Shown here: one piece after another, positions 1 through 8,853 of the stretch
How the letters are laid out: every line of letters starts with the position of its first letter
How positions within the stretch are numbered: position 1 is the stretch's first letter
Assembly (NCBI GenBank): GCA_045599445.1
Contig: JAZRWB010000027.1
Coordinates: 1,344-65,343 of the forward strand
Source of the DNA: Kiritimatiellia bacterium
GTDB taxonomy: Bacteria > Verrucomicrobiota > Kiritimatiellia > RFP12 > UBA1067
DNA: 64,000 nucleotides
Direction: 5' to 3'
Translations under genes and position numbers: made by a program
The notes under the pieces: generated by a model
Told to the model about the DNA's origin: nothing
Seen by the model: the letters and a program-made list of their open reading frames with translations, nothing else
Databases searched by the model: none

Positions 1-969
1 GGCTTTTACCCCCGCCTCGCCATCTTCGAACATTCGAAGAATCACTTTCTTCGACCGCTCGGAGAATTTGGCTTCGTATTTCACGAGATACTCGCGCTTC
101 GCTTTGGTAAAGCGTGCAGCCGACAGGAACGATGTCAACACTTCGGTCAGTACGGGAATGAAGAATGCCGCCCAGTTGGTCCAATCGAGCGAGCGCGACG
201 CTTCGTTGATCTCGTCATAATATGCCGCACGATGTCGGGCGATTATCGTCGAAACCGGTAGAATGAGCCCGACTCCCAGTCCTTCGGCAAGGGCCTTCGC
301 AACTAATGCTCGCCCGACGCGACCATTGCCGTCCTCAAACGGATGAATCGACTCGAAGTGGGGATGCAACATCGCCGCTTTAAGCGCAATCTCCGCCGGA
401 TTTTGCGCCGGGCGCTTCCACATTTTCACAAAAGCGACGATCTCCTTGGAGACTCGCTCGCTGGGCGGCGCTTCAAAGCGTATCTCTACCGTGCCGTCCG
501 CATAACGACGAATAACGCGCATCGGTTCGCGATGCGACCGAAACGACCCGACCGCGATCCGCTTCTCCTCGCCAGTGGTCAGCGCCTTGTGAAAGCTCTT
601 GATTAGCGCAGGCGAAATCGGCGCATTCCATTTCTTGCGCACTGCAAGCATCATCTGCGCCACGCCCTCGGCCCGCGCGTCTTTCGTAAAGCCCTTCGGC
701 GCGTAAGCAACGCCAAGCGCCTTGCAGATCGACGACATCACTACGCTCTCGTCAACATTCACCCCTTCAATCGCGCTCGTCTTCACCGCCTCGTCAGCCA
801 GGGAGCGCGCGACGACTTCCAGGTCCTGCGGCTTATTGAGCGCCTTTTTTAACGCACGAAACGCGATCGCAAACTCACGAAGTTCATCGCGCAGCACCGC
901 GCGATTCACCGTCGCCTTTGGCCACCCCTCTTGTTGCCAATTGTAAACTTGATCGGTCTTCTTCACCAC
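1..969 (-). CDS. Fic/DOC family protein (Fic domain), C-terminus runs off the window
   Basis: Absent from the ORF track because there is no stop in the window. My minus-strand translation from GTG 969..967 stays open to position 1. It contains HPFEDGNGRVGR (310-345), the canonical Fic motif HxFx(D/E)GNGRxxR. TSAIEG (763-780) matches the (S/T)xxxE(G/N) auto-inhibitory helix motif. The start lies 4 nt after the stop of the upstream giant gene. Confidence 0.85.
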   Translation of the reverse strand, partial: MVKKTDQVYNWQQEGWPKATVNRAVLRDELREFAIAFRALKKALNKPQDLEVVARSLADEAVKTSAIEGVNVDESVVMSSICKALGVAYAPKGFTKDARAEGVAQMMLAVRKKWNAPISPALIKSFHKALTTGEEKRIAVGSFRSHREPMRVIRRYADGTVEIRFEAPPSERVSKEIVAFVKMWKRPAQNPAEIALKAAMLHPHFESIHPFEDGNGRVGRALVAKALAEGLGVGLILPVSTIIARHRAAYYDEINEASRSLDWTNWAAFFIPVLTEVLTSFLSAARFTKAKREYLVKYEAKFSERSKKVILRMFEDGEAGVKA

Positions 970-973
970 GCTA

Positions 974-3900
974 TTACTTTACGATAATCTTGGGTGCGAA
1001 GTGGGTGCGGGTAAGTTTCAAGGAGCCATCGTCGCCCAGCATAAGCCGATACCCGGTTCCATCGGCGAAAACCGTAAACTTCGCCAAGTCAGCTTCGTTA
1101 AATACCTTACCCTTAATAAGGTCTACCGTCTCGCCCACTCCCGCGTTAACCGCACCGCGAACATCAATCGTTACCTTGCCCGATTCAGGGAGAATGAGAT
1201 CTGCATAATTGGTCAGCGTCATCGTATCCTCGGCAACTGGCTTAACAATTGCCCCGCCTTCAAGAGTGATGATTGCTTCGACCTTACCTTTGGCCAAGAA
1301 AGTCGCACCTGAATCAATCGTTAGATACGCTGGCTTCGACGCAATAAGTGCACTTCCAGTGAGGCCAATCCAGTTCCAACTACTATTTTCCTCAGCACCG
1401 CGATACCTTGAAACCATCGTCCAAGTAACCCCATCCTCCGACACTTCAAGGTCCCAACTTCCTGGCTTTGGTTTATTGCCCACATAAATGCCGTAGTGGC
1501 TGAACATCTGAATGGGATTATTGAAGGTAAAAAGAATGGGACTATTCGCTGGGATTGTTGCATGGCAGACGCTTCCCATAGCTTCCTTAAGCATGTTGCC
1601 TCCTAAATCCCCCTGGCCCGGCTCATTCACCAAGAGACCCAAATCGCTTCCACCTTGACAAGTAATTTCCGCGCTGCTTAGATTCTGTGCCGATCCATTA
1701 CGCTTAGTAGTAAACTCAACAATTTGGTAATTCTGCGATCCGCTTTCCTTGATGAAGGTTAAACGAATATACTTAATATATCCATTACTATCACCAATTG
1801 AATTCGCCGAGAATGTCGTTCCGTCCGTGACTTCAATATGCGAAGCGTTGATTGCAAGACCTTCGGTCTCCGTCCTATGAAGCGCAAAGCTTCCGCCTTT
1901 CAAGACCGTAGTCAAAGTCGACATTGGCACGGCAACACCAAGATCGGTAATTGCGGATCCTGTCTTGTTTTCGTAAACTACCGCGCCATTACCAACCACC
2001 CCATCAAACGAAATATGCCCAAGCCAATCGTTATTGTCAAGCTCAAGCACGAGTTCGCCGCCTGCGTTAATGTCAACATTCTTATTATTAAACACCCACG
2101 GATTGCTTGACGGTTTGGTAATGATCTTCGCTCCGTCAGCACATACGACGCGATTAACCGTAACCTCCGTTCCCTCGATAATCTTCATAAATCCGCTATT
2201 AAGGGTAATCGTCGAAGTCGTATTGCAATTAAGGATATTAAGATCCGTCCATTCATTCCCTTCGCCCGGATCGAGAATAACCTTGCCGTTGCCGATAATC
2301 GTTCCTTGCCACGGCTGAGTCAAGGTCACCGTGTTCCCTTCGCCAACCTCGAGAACGCCCGTGCCAGTTCCGGTAAGTCTAAGGGATTGACCGGCGATAA
2401 CATGCGCCGAACCGCAATTGGGCTCGTAAACGAAGTCACATGTAAAGCCGCTAAAGTCGAGCGTCGCCGCCGTAATCGTATGGACGCCGTCCGACTTAAT
2501 CGTAATATTATTGCAACCGTTACTTGCCGTATTTGCGCCAAAAGTGTAGCAAATAACATCGCAATCAAGCGTAAGCTCGGTTGCTTTCTCCGCAAAGAGC
2601 AAGACATCCTCGCTGGCATCAAGCTTATTTTCGCCCCACTTCTTGGTAAACGGCGTAAACACCTCGTTGCCGTCTTCATCTACATTATCCGTATTGTACA
2701 TCCACCCATAGCCCTCGTCCCAACCGAAGTCATCCCAGTTGCAGTTTCCATTTAGCGTCCGCATATACGGTCCGCTCATATTATCGCCCGAAACGACCGA
2801 CAAAGTTCCATTATCACTCAACCTAAGCGACGCATAGGGATCAAGCGTTTCGAACTTGCGAATATCGGCAAGCGTCCAAGCCGCGTTTTCGATAATCGGT
2901 TGTGGAGTCGTTGAAAGCGTAAGCGCGGATGTATCAACCTTAATCGGTGTTTCGGGGAAGGTCCACTCCGCCACATTCGTCGCATCCATCGCCTTGCCGT
3001 CGACGGCCTTCAAAATCGCTCCCTCGTTAAGCTTAATGGTCGCATTCTGCGCGCCCATCGCCATAAGCGAGCCACCAGCGAAAACTTCAACCTTGGACGG
3101 GTGCGCGTTAACTTGATTGCACGGGAAGGATGTTTCACCGCCGCCGACCCATCCGCCCTTAAAGATCGTGTCACTACCACCGATCTCCGTCTTACGGGTG
3201 TCGGGCATAATGGTATAGTACGTAAGACCATCATACGATGCATCGATTCTGAATTTTACTGGACGATACGCATGAGTTGATGTGTTATCCGCATAGTTCT
3301 TCTTCGACGAATGCACGCCGAAAGAATCAAGCACTGGCACGGCCGATCCGATATCGATCTCGATATAGACCTTGCCCGCAGCCATATCCTCCTTCGAGGC
3401 CGCAATCTCAACGGACTCGTGCTGTGAATAACGATAGGCCGAATCGTGGCACGCATTGCCGTCAAATAGCAAGCCAAGACTACCTTCTACAAGATTTCCT
3501 CCATGAAGTGTTTTATTGCCGCCGCGAACTATCTGGCGATTGCCATTCGCATCGGTGTAATTGAGATACAACTCTTCCATGCGGACGCGATGGTCGGTTG
3601 TGATTGCCGAAGCCGAGGTATCGTTCTCCAGATGCTCGAGGAAGAAAACGCGAATGTAACGAATTCTGTCAAACACGAACTCAGTATTGTTGGCGCCATA
3701 ACTCGCCCCTTGATAGACGTAAATCTCCTCGGCGTTTACCTTGTCGGCGGTCATATTCCCGCTCATGGCATTAATCGCGCCCGAAACCCGCAATTGAAGA
3801 TCGTTGAATGTCACATCGCCACCGACAGTCATCGCACCAAATGCGAGTGCGGCGCTATCGGTTGTGCCCGAAATCGTATAAGGCGCCATGTTCGCGAACT

Positions 3901-6900
3901 GCGCGAATTTGGCGACATATTCATTGTCAACCTCGATTGATTTGCGCTGCACGGGGATTGTATTGGCCGTATCGCCAAACAGCGTGCCATTATTCGCGTC
4001 AAACGCCGCGGTTTCCGTTCCTTTTACCCAGTTATTGCCGTTCCAAGCGCTACTCGTTTGCCCCACCCAGGACAACACCGTCGACGGATCAAACACCGAA
4101 CCATTGGGATTGGCTACACACCCTTCAATCGGGCTGGAAAGCGACCCGTTGAAGAATTGAACGCCTTCGCCAACATTCAGAACAGCTCCGATGAGCGGGG
4201 TGATCTGATACGTACCCGTGCCGCTAAGCGGCAACACAACCTTCGCATTCGCGCCGATCGTCAACTTCGTCACATTCGGGAACGGAACTTCTTTAAACGT
4301 CACCGTCAATCCCTCGCCAATTTCAACTTCGTTGACAAAAGACGCCGAGTTCGCAATAACGAGCTCGCCCGAACCGGTGAAAACAAGCTTACCGTTATCC
4401 TTATTGTAAAACGGCGCGGAAATCGTAAGCTTTGAACCCTCCTTGAGCTCCACAGTCGTCGTTCCATAAAGGCCGATGCGTCCGCTATAAGCCGAAGTAA
4501 TTGCCGAAGTCCCCTGCACCGTAATCTCTTGCTCCGAATCCGCGTTGCGCCCGAAGGTAAAGGTGCTAACGCGCTCAACATTAAATGTAGAATTATTCAA
4601 AGTAAGCGGAATATCAATCGCTTCAAAACACTTGTTCTCCGCAAGACCATAATTTGGATTCGAGGAAATCGTAAGCTCGCCATTGACAATCTCCAGCGTC
4701 TTCTTCGCATCCTTCGCACCGTCAAAACCATTGTAGGTTTCAAGTCGGAAATTCTGGTTTTCAATTACCGCAGGGAGATAAGCGGTTAAGACCCCTGGAT
4801 CGTCGCTACGGATGGTATTGCCCGTACCTGAACCATCGAACGCAATACCTGTAATGTCGATGGTCTTTTCGTTAACTCGATCTGTAGTAATCGTATTATC
4901 GTCATTTTGGATAAAGGAATAGTAGAAATTCCTAAGATCAAGAAGTCCGTTCGAGCCGGCGAAAGTCACTGTGCCACCGTTCTTGATCTTCGCGAGGTAA
5001 AACTTCTCGTCGCCCTCGAAGCGGATATTGCCCTTGCCGTTTACGAACTCAATACCCTCATGACCTACGCCGCCGCCAACGCCAAAAGTAACATTACCAT
5101 TGCTAACAATCATATTTGTCGCGACTCGCACCGCCCCTTCGCCCGTCAACTTGAAAGTCGCCCCATCCGGCTGATCAACAACCAATTTAATCGCGCCCAA
5201 CGTATCCGACACCGTAAGCGAGAGATCGCCCTCCGTAATAATCGTCGCCTTTCCCGCATGATCGTACTTACCCGTAATCGTCGCTCCGGAATGCTCGTCA
5301 ATATGGCTCCAGTTCGTCGCGGAAAGATTCCAGACATCCGTCCCGGAAGTAGCGCCCGTCCATGTATAATTCTCAGGTCCGTGCGTTTCAAGCATCGGGT
5401 CGCCCATCGCCATATCTTCAATAAGAATCCAGCGTCCAGTCGACCAACCGATGTTGCCGGTCGAATAGCTCTGAATCATCTTGAGCCACGCATCGCCGGG
5501 ATTCAGGTGGTCGCGCACATACGCCTTCACGAAATAGCCGCCCAGCTTCATGCCGAGGCCATCGCCATGCGAGGCATCACGGCGAATAAGGCCTCCACCC
5601 CAGCTCGAGCGCGTATTGCCGCAGGCAAATGCCGCGCCGCCATCGGGGTTCTCGATCATCGACATGTTGTGCGCAATTTTGTGGGTACCGCTCTTATTAC
5701 CATTCGGCGTCCAATCGGGATAACCCATAAGACAGGGATAGTAAGCGAGAAAGACTTTCGAAATGCCCTTCATCTTTTGGGCGTACTCGTTGATGTAGAC
5801 CATACTCGCGCTGCCGCCCTGCGAACCGTGAGAAGCCGCCATCGAGACTTCCCAGTCCTGCTCATGAAGATGAGCGACCGCCGAGTCGAAACCCGTCTCT
5901 CCCGGAGGAGTGAGCATCGTGGAGATGTGCTCCGTCTTGACGGCCGGAAAATAGCGCGCGTACCAGTCTTTCAAAAGGAGCGAAACGACGTAGTCGCAAT
6001 CCATCCAGATCGAGGACGCGTTCTTGTCGAAATAGTTGTTCTGTCCCGCGTAAAATTCCATTTCATCGCGAATCGTCTCACCATCCGAAATGCTCCGCTC
6101 CTGAGTGAACTTAAACGAGCCGCCCGCGAAACGATTGCGGCCCGGAAAATCCTTCGCCTCGACGCGGCGCACCTTCGCGAGATACGCCTTGACGAGCTTT
6201 TCCATCGTCCAGTTGTAGCGATCGTCACGCCAATCAAGTCCGCAGATAAATCCAATACGGGAAACGACGACATCGGGCATCAGGTCGATACGATCATCGG
6301 GTTCATTGCAGTAAATGCCGTCGCCATCGGCGTTGAACGCTTCATTACTGCCCGAATCCCAGGGATATTTCGCGCCCTCGGGCAAGTCACAGCAGGCATA
6401 GAAAACATCGGTTGGAACCGGCTTGAAAGCAGAGTCGAACCACGAACCCATATCGGAACGTGGAATCGTGTAGATGCCAGGAATACCCCAGTCGGCATTT
6501 GTCCGATATTGCGCTTCGGGCGTGGTAACGGTAAGTTCCTTTTTGACGCTCGTTACACTACCCCATTCCGGGCAACCATGCGCGTCGTACCAAGAACCCG
6601 CGAGAACGAAGTAGTGCGTGCCTTTTTTCGCTTCGCGGCGGATATAGGCGTGAAGCCGTTCCGCGTCGTTACGAGCGTAATAGCTCTTCGTGTCATCGTC
6701 GGTGTTGACGGGAAACTCTTCAAGGATTTCGGCAAAGTTCTTTGCGAGCATCTTCTTCTCAGGATGATCCTTTTGGCGCTCTTCGACATACCACTGCCAA
6801 AGATTGAAGTAGTTCTTCGGTGCAATAAGAATATAGTCGGGCTGATTGGGATCGGTCTTAACATACTCCTCCCCTGCCGTCACTTCATGAGCGGGAGTAA

Positions 6901-7447
6901 ACGCCATATTGCTCATCAGCTGCGGCGGAAGCTCGAATTCGACCTTCACGACAAACTTTTTCGCCGCTTCGAGTTTTCCGTTCGTGTAGCGGAACGGGAT
7001 TACACGGACAGGGACGAAGGCCTTGCCGGCCATACGCTGAATGCCGAAAGAGGCAATCGGAGATTCCGGATACGACGCGTACAAGGCGGGATTTGGCTCG
7101 GCGAACGGGATTTCTTGGGACTCATCGCACACCACCAACGGCTGGATTGGCACGAGCTTGATATCCTCGCCCAGCGTAACCCACTCCGCCTCATAGGTTA
7201 CTTTCAGGAGTTTCGCATTTTTTGGAGCGTCGATGCGCACAACCGTTGTCAAAAGCTGCGGTGCACCAGCCGGCTCGGGGATTGCCTCCAACCCCGCGCA
7301 TTCAATGGCTACGTATCCATCATACCCGCTCGGGATAATCTTCGCCGTGGAATAGTCGGCGGGTAGAGTGTAGGTTATGGTCTCTATACCGGCAAACGCC
7401 AAGCTTGAGATAAACGAGAGGACAACAACTGCGAGTTGCTTTTTCAT
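974..7447 (-). CDS. Giant secreted protein (2157 aa) with a peptidase C25 (gingipain, clan CD)-like core and two discoidin/F5-8-type-C-like modules
   Basis: Track ORF is 974..7477. AAAGGAG 10 nt upstream favours ATG 7447 (MKKQLAVVVLSFISSLAFA signal peptide). YILIAPKNYF, THYFVLAGSWYD, PTDVFYACCD, PDVVVSRIGF, SHGSQGG (His codon 5830..5828) and YYPCLMG (Cys codon 5734..5732) follow the C25 pattern, with His and Cys 32 residues apart (~5390-6840). IRYIRVFF...VKFRIDASYDGLTYY (~3200-3680) and YIKYIRLTF...WDLEVSEDGVTWTMV (~1390-1790) look discoidin-like. Confidence 0.8.
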   Translation of the reverse strand: MKKQLAVVVLSFISSLAFAGIETITYTLPADYSTAKIIPSGYDGYVAIECAGLEAIPEPAGAPQLLTTVVRIDAPKNAKLLKVTYEAEWVTLGEDIKLVPIQPLVVCDESQEIPFAEPNPALYASYPESPIASFGIQRMAGKAFVPVRVIPFRYTNGKLEAAKKFVVKVEFELPPQLMSNMAFTPAHEVTAGEEYVKTDPNQPDYILIAPKNYFNLWQWYVEERQKDHPEKKMLAKNFAEILEEFPVNTDDDTKSYYARNDAERLHAYIRREAKKGTHYFVLAGSWYDAHGCPEWGSVTSVKKELTVTTPEAQYRTNADWGIPGIYTIPRSDMGSWFDSAFKPVPTDVFYACCDLPEGAKYPWDSGSNEAFNADGDGIYCNEPDDRIDLMPDVVVSRIGFICGLDWRDDRYNWTMEKLVKAYLAKVRRVEAKDFPGRNRFAGGSFKFTQERSISDGETIRDEMEFYAGQNNYFDKNASSIWMDCDYVVSLLLKDWYARYFPAVKTEHISTMLTPPGETGFDSAVAHLHEQDWEVSMAASHGSQGGSASMVYINEYAQKMKGISKVFLAYYPCLMGYPDWTPNGNKSGTHKIAHNMSMIENPDGGAAFACGNTRSSWGGGLIRRDASHGDGLGMKLGGYFVKAYVRDHLNPGDAWLKMIQSYSTGNIGWSTGRWILIEDMAMGDPMLETHGPENYTWTGATSGTDVWNLSATNWSHIDEHSGATITGKYDHAGKATIITEGDLSLTVSDTLGAIKLVVDQPDGATFKLTGEGAVRVATNMIVSNGNVTFGVGGGVGHEGIEFVNGKGNIRFEGDEKFYLAKIKNGGTVTFAGSNGLLDLRNFYYSFIQNDDNTITTDRVNEKTIDITGIAFDGSGTGNTIRSDDPGVLTAYLPAVIENQNFRLETYNGFDGAKDAKKTLEIVNGELTISSNPNYGLAENKCFEAIDIPLTLNNSTFNVERVSTFTFGRNADSEQEITVQGTSAITSAYSGRIGLYGTTTVELKEGSKLTISAPFYNKDNGKLVFTGSGELVIANSASFVNEVEIGEGLTVTFKEVPFPNVTKLTIGANAKVVLPLSGTGTYQITPLIGAVLNVGEGVQFFNGSLSSPIEGCVANPNGSVFDPSTVLSWVGQTSSAWNGNNWVKGTETAAFDANNGTLFGDTANTIPVQRKSIEVDNEYVAKFAQFANMAPYTISGTTDSAALAFGAMTVGGDVTFNDLQLRVSGAINAMSGNMTADKVNAEEIYVYQGASYGANNTEFVFDRIRYIRVFFLEHLENDTSASAITTDHRVRMEELYLNYTDANGNRQIVRGGNKTLHGGNLVEGSLGLLFDGNACHDSAYRYSQHESVEIAASKEDMAAGKVYIEIDIGSAVPVLDSFGVHSSKKNYADNTSTHAYRPVKFRIDASYDGLTYYTIMPDTRKTEIGGSDTIFKGGWVGGGETSFPCNQVNAHPSKVEVFAGGSLMAMGAQNATIKLNEGAILKAVDGKAMDATNVAEWTFPETPIKVDTSALTLSTTPQPIIENAAWTLADIRKFETLDPYASLRLSDNGTLSVVSGDNMSGPYMRTLNGNCNWDDFGWDEGYGWMYNTDNVDEDGNEVFTPFTKKWGENKLDASEDVLLFAEKATELTLDCDVICYTFGANTASNGCNNITIKSDGVHTITAATLDFSGFTCDFVYEPNCGSAHVIAGQSLRLTGTGTGVLEVGEGNTVTLTQPWQGTIIGNGKVILDPGEGNEWTDLNILNCNTTSTITLNSGFMKIIEGTEVTVNRVVCADGAKIITKPSSNPWVFNNKNVDINAGGELVLELDNNDWLGHISFDGVVGNGAVVYENKTGSAITDLGVAVPMSTLTTVLKGGSFALHRTETEGLAINASHIEVTDGTTFSANSIGDSNGYIKYIRLTFIKESGSQNYQIVEFTTKRNGSAQNLSSAEITCQGGSDLGLLVNEPGQGDLGGNMLKEAMGSVCHATIPANSPILFTFNNPIQMFSHYGIYVGNKPKPGSWDLEVSEDGVTWTMVSRYRGAEENSSWNWIGLTGSALIASKPAYLTIDSGATFLAKGKVEAIITLEGGAIVKPVAEDTMTLTNYADLILPESGKVTIDVRGAVNAGVGETVDLIKGKVFNEADLAKFTVFADGTGYRLMLGDDGSLKLTRTHFAPKIIVK

Positions 7448-7503
7448 AAGTGCATAACTCCTTTTATCCATAGTCATATACCTATGGCCTATATTACACT
7501 ATA

Positions 7504-7512
7504 ATTATACCA
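7504..7512 (-). promoter_or_regulatory. Extended -10 box TGGTATAAT upstream of the 2157-aa gene
   Basis: The minus strand reads TGGTATAAT (7512..7504). It lies 26 nt before ATG 7477 and 56 nt before the RBS-supported ATG 7447. It sits in a 181-bp AT-rich intergenic region. Confidence 0.6.
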
Positions 7513-7603
7513 CACCCACACGCCGCTATTCAAGGCCGCGCCAAACCTGTGAATTGCAATAGTAAACACAATTTCTATTATTTTTCAACGTCCACTATGT
7601 ATT

Positions 7604-7637
7604 AAAAAAAGAGGAGTAGGATTTCTACTCCTCTTTT
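7604..7637 (-). terminator. Rho-independent terminator downstream of rubrerythrin
   Basis: Perfect 9-bp stem GAGGAGTAG (7611-7619) / CTACTCCTC (7625-7633) with a 5-nt loop. On the minus strand a T7 run follows (7610..7604). It starts 22 nt after the rbr stop. The A/T runs on both sides could make it bidirectional. Confidence 0.85.
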
Positions 7638-7658
7638 ACCCTAAGCTAAGCGTTTGGC

Positions 7659-8204
7659 TTACTTGAAGTAGCGATTATAGAGTCCGGTAAAGCCGGCGCC
7701 ATGACGCGCCTCGTCCTTCGCCATCTCGTGGACGGTGTCGTGGATTGCGTCGTAGCCGAGCTCCTTCGCCCGGCACGCAATCGCGAGCTTGGCCGCGCAA
7801 GCTCCCGCTTCCGCGTCCTTGCGCATTTCGAGGTTCTTCTTCGTCGAATTCGTCACGACCTCTCCGAGCAGTTCCGCGAACTTGGAGGCGTGTTCGGCTT
7901 CCTCGAACGCATAACGCTTGAACGCCTCCGCGATCTCCGGATAGCCCTCGCGATCGGCCTGACGCGACATCGCGAGGTACATCCCCACTTCGCAGCACTC
8001 GCCGTTAAAATGGTCCTTGAGCCCCTGCGTAACCTCCGCGTCCTCGACCTTCCCGTCGCCGATTACGTGCTCGCACGCATAACCCGCCTTGCCGGGATCC
8101 TCCTTTTTGAACTTCGCGCCCGGCACCCCGCACTGAGGACACTTCTCCGGAGCCGCATCGCCTTCATACACATACCCGCACACGGGGCAAACCCACTTCG
8201 CCAT
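7659..8204 (-). CDS. rbr: Rubrerythrin, 'reverse' domain order (N-terminal rubredoxin-like, C-terminal diiron four-helix bundle)
   Basis: The N-terminus [12 protein letters not shown]...CPQCGVPG carries two CxxC knuckles. It is followed by ferritin-like diiron helices ([36 protein letters not shown]). Confidence 0.9.
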   Translation of the reverse strand: MAKWVCPVCGYVYEGDAAPEKCPQCGVPGAKFKKEDPGKAGYACEHVIGDGKVEDAEVTQGLKDHFNGECCEVGMYLAMSRQADREGYPEIAEAFKRYAFEEAEHASKFAELLGEVVTNSTKKNLEMRKDAEAGACAAKLAIACRAKELGYDAIHDTVHEMAKDEARHGAGFTGLYNRYFK

Positions 8205-8251
8205 TTTATTCGTTCCTTTCTTTTTTGGTTGTTGTTTTATTAATGAGGTCG

Positions 8252-8262
8252 ATTATATCACA
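8252..8262 (-). promoter_or_regulatory. Extended -10 box TGTGATATAAT for rbr
   Basis: The minus strand reads TGTGATATAAT (8262..8252), 47 nt upstream of the rbr ATG (8204). Confidence 0.6.
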
Positions 8263-8315
8263 AGCGCTTCGCCGTCGCAAGACTGATAAGTTCATCCCAG
8301 TTCTTGAGCAAAAAA

Positions 8316-8324
8316 TGATATAAT
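8316..8324 (+). promoter_or_regulatory. Extended -10 box TGATATAAT for the plus-strand four-helix-bundle gene
   Basis: The plus strand reads TGATATAAT, 24 nt before ATG 8349, with RBS AAAGGAGG at 8335-8342. It is divergent from the rbr promoter. Confidence 0.6.
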
Positions 8325-8348
8325 CAAGGGAACAAAAGGAGGGGCCGC

Positions 8349-8717
8349 ATGACAAACGGAGAATTCAAGGTCGAGCTTGAGAAGCGCACAGTCGCTTTCT
8401 CAGTCCTTGTCCTAAAAATGCTCCGTAAGATTCCCGTCGGCATTGAATCTCGCAACATCAAAGACCAAGTTGCTCGTTCCGTGACGGCAGTCGGCGCAAA
8501 CTATCGTGAGGCGAACCGCGCCGAATCGCGTGATGACTTTCTCCACAAGATCGCCATCGTTGCGAAAGAAGCGTCGGAGAGCGAATACTGGCTATTGCTT
8601 CTGCGCGAGCTCTATCCCGAAATCGCCGAGATCGGCCCTGCTTTGGCTGAGGCCGGCGAACTGCTTCGCGTCTTTGACAAGACTCGGCTAACGCTTCGAA
8701 ACAAGCCAAAGGCGTAA
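8349..8717 (+). CDS. Four-helix-bundle protein (23S rRNA intervening-sequence protein family)
   Basis: VARSVTAVGANYREANRAESRDDFLHKIAIVAKEASESEYWLLLL matches the family signature as I recall it (TIGR02436-type). Strong RBS. This is the only plus-strand gene in the window. Confidence 0.8.
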   Translation: MTNGEFKVELEKRTVAFSVLVLKMLRKIPVGIESRNIKDQVARSVTAVGANYREANRAESRDDFLHKIAIVAKEASESEYWLLLLRELYPEIAEIGPALAEAGELLRVFDKTRLTLRNKPKA

Positions 8718-8728
8718 GTTGATCAACC

Positions 8729-8815
8729 GACTCGCAACACTCGCTAACTTGTCCACTGTTACACTCGCAACACTCGGCCTGTCCTGCCAGTGGGCGAGTG
8801 TTACAGTGTTGCGAG
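8729..8815. repeat. Short direct and inverted repeats (CTCGCAACACTCG) between the four-helix-bundle gene and the tRNA-Ser 3' end
   Basis: CTCGCAACACTCG occurs at 8731-8743 and 8764-8776. An inverted partial copy CGAGTGTTACAGTGTTGCGAG lies at 8795-8815. AACACTCG (8769-8776) can pair with CGAGTGTT (8795-8802). No U-tract is present. Confidence 0.6.
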
Positions 8816-8853
8816 TTTGACAGTGTGCAAGTTCGGCTTTGTACCAAAACCAT

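Noticed and set aside
3207-3215. Plus-strand TGGTATAGT (an extended -10-like box antisense to the 2157-aa gene)
   Set aside because: It has one mismatch to TATAAT, and the minus-strand coding of ...YYTIMP... explains it. No plausible plus-strand gene lies downstream.
5365-5370. Isolated TATAAT hexamers on the plus strand or inside giant genes (for example 5365-5370+, 28811-28816+, ~33098+, ~34063+, 28863-28868-, 35770-35775-, 52519-52524-)
   Set aside because: None has the upstream TGn. Most are antisense or deep inside long ORFs. A handful of bare TATAAT hexamers is expected by chance in 128 kb of two-strand sequence.
4907-7366. Very long plus-strand ORFs antisense to real genes: 4907..7366 (819 aa), 10848..12809, 13047..15152, 16414..19659 (1081 aa), 20851..22260, 22398..23888, 25168..26466, 27629..30766 (1045 aa), 33059..34363, 40851..43073, 44361..45755
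   Set aside because: All are Arg/Gly/Val/Ala/Leu-rich low-complexity translations with no recognisable motif. Each lies exactly opposite a minus-strand ORF with strong family signatures or signal peptides. Stop-poor antisense frames are expected in GC-rich, GC3-biased DNA.
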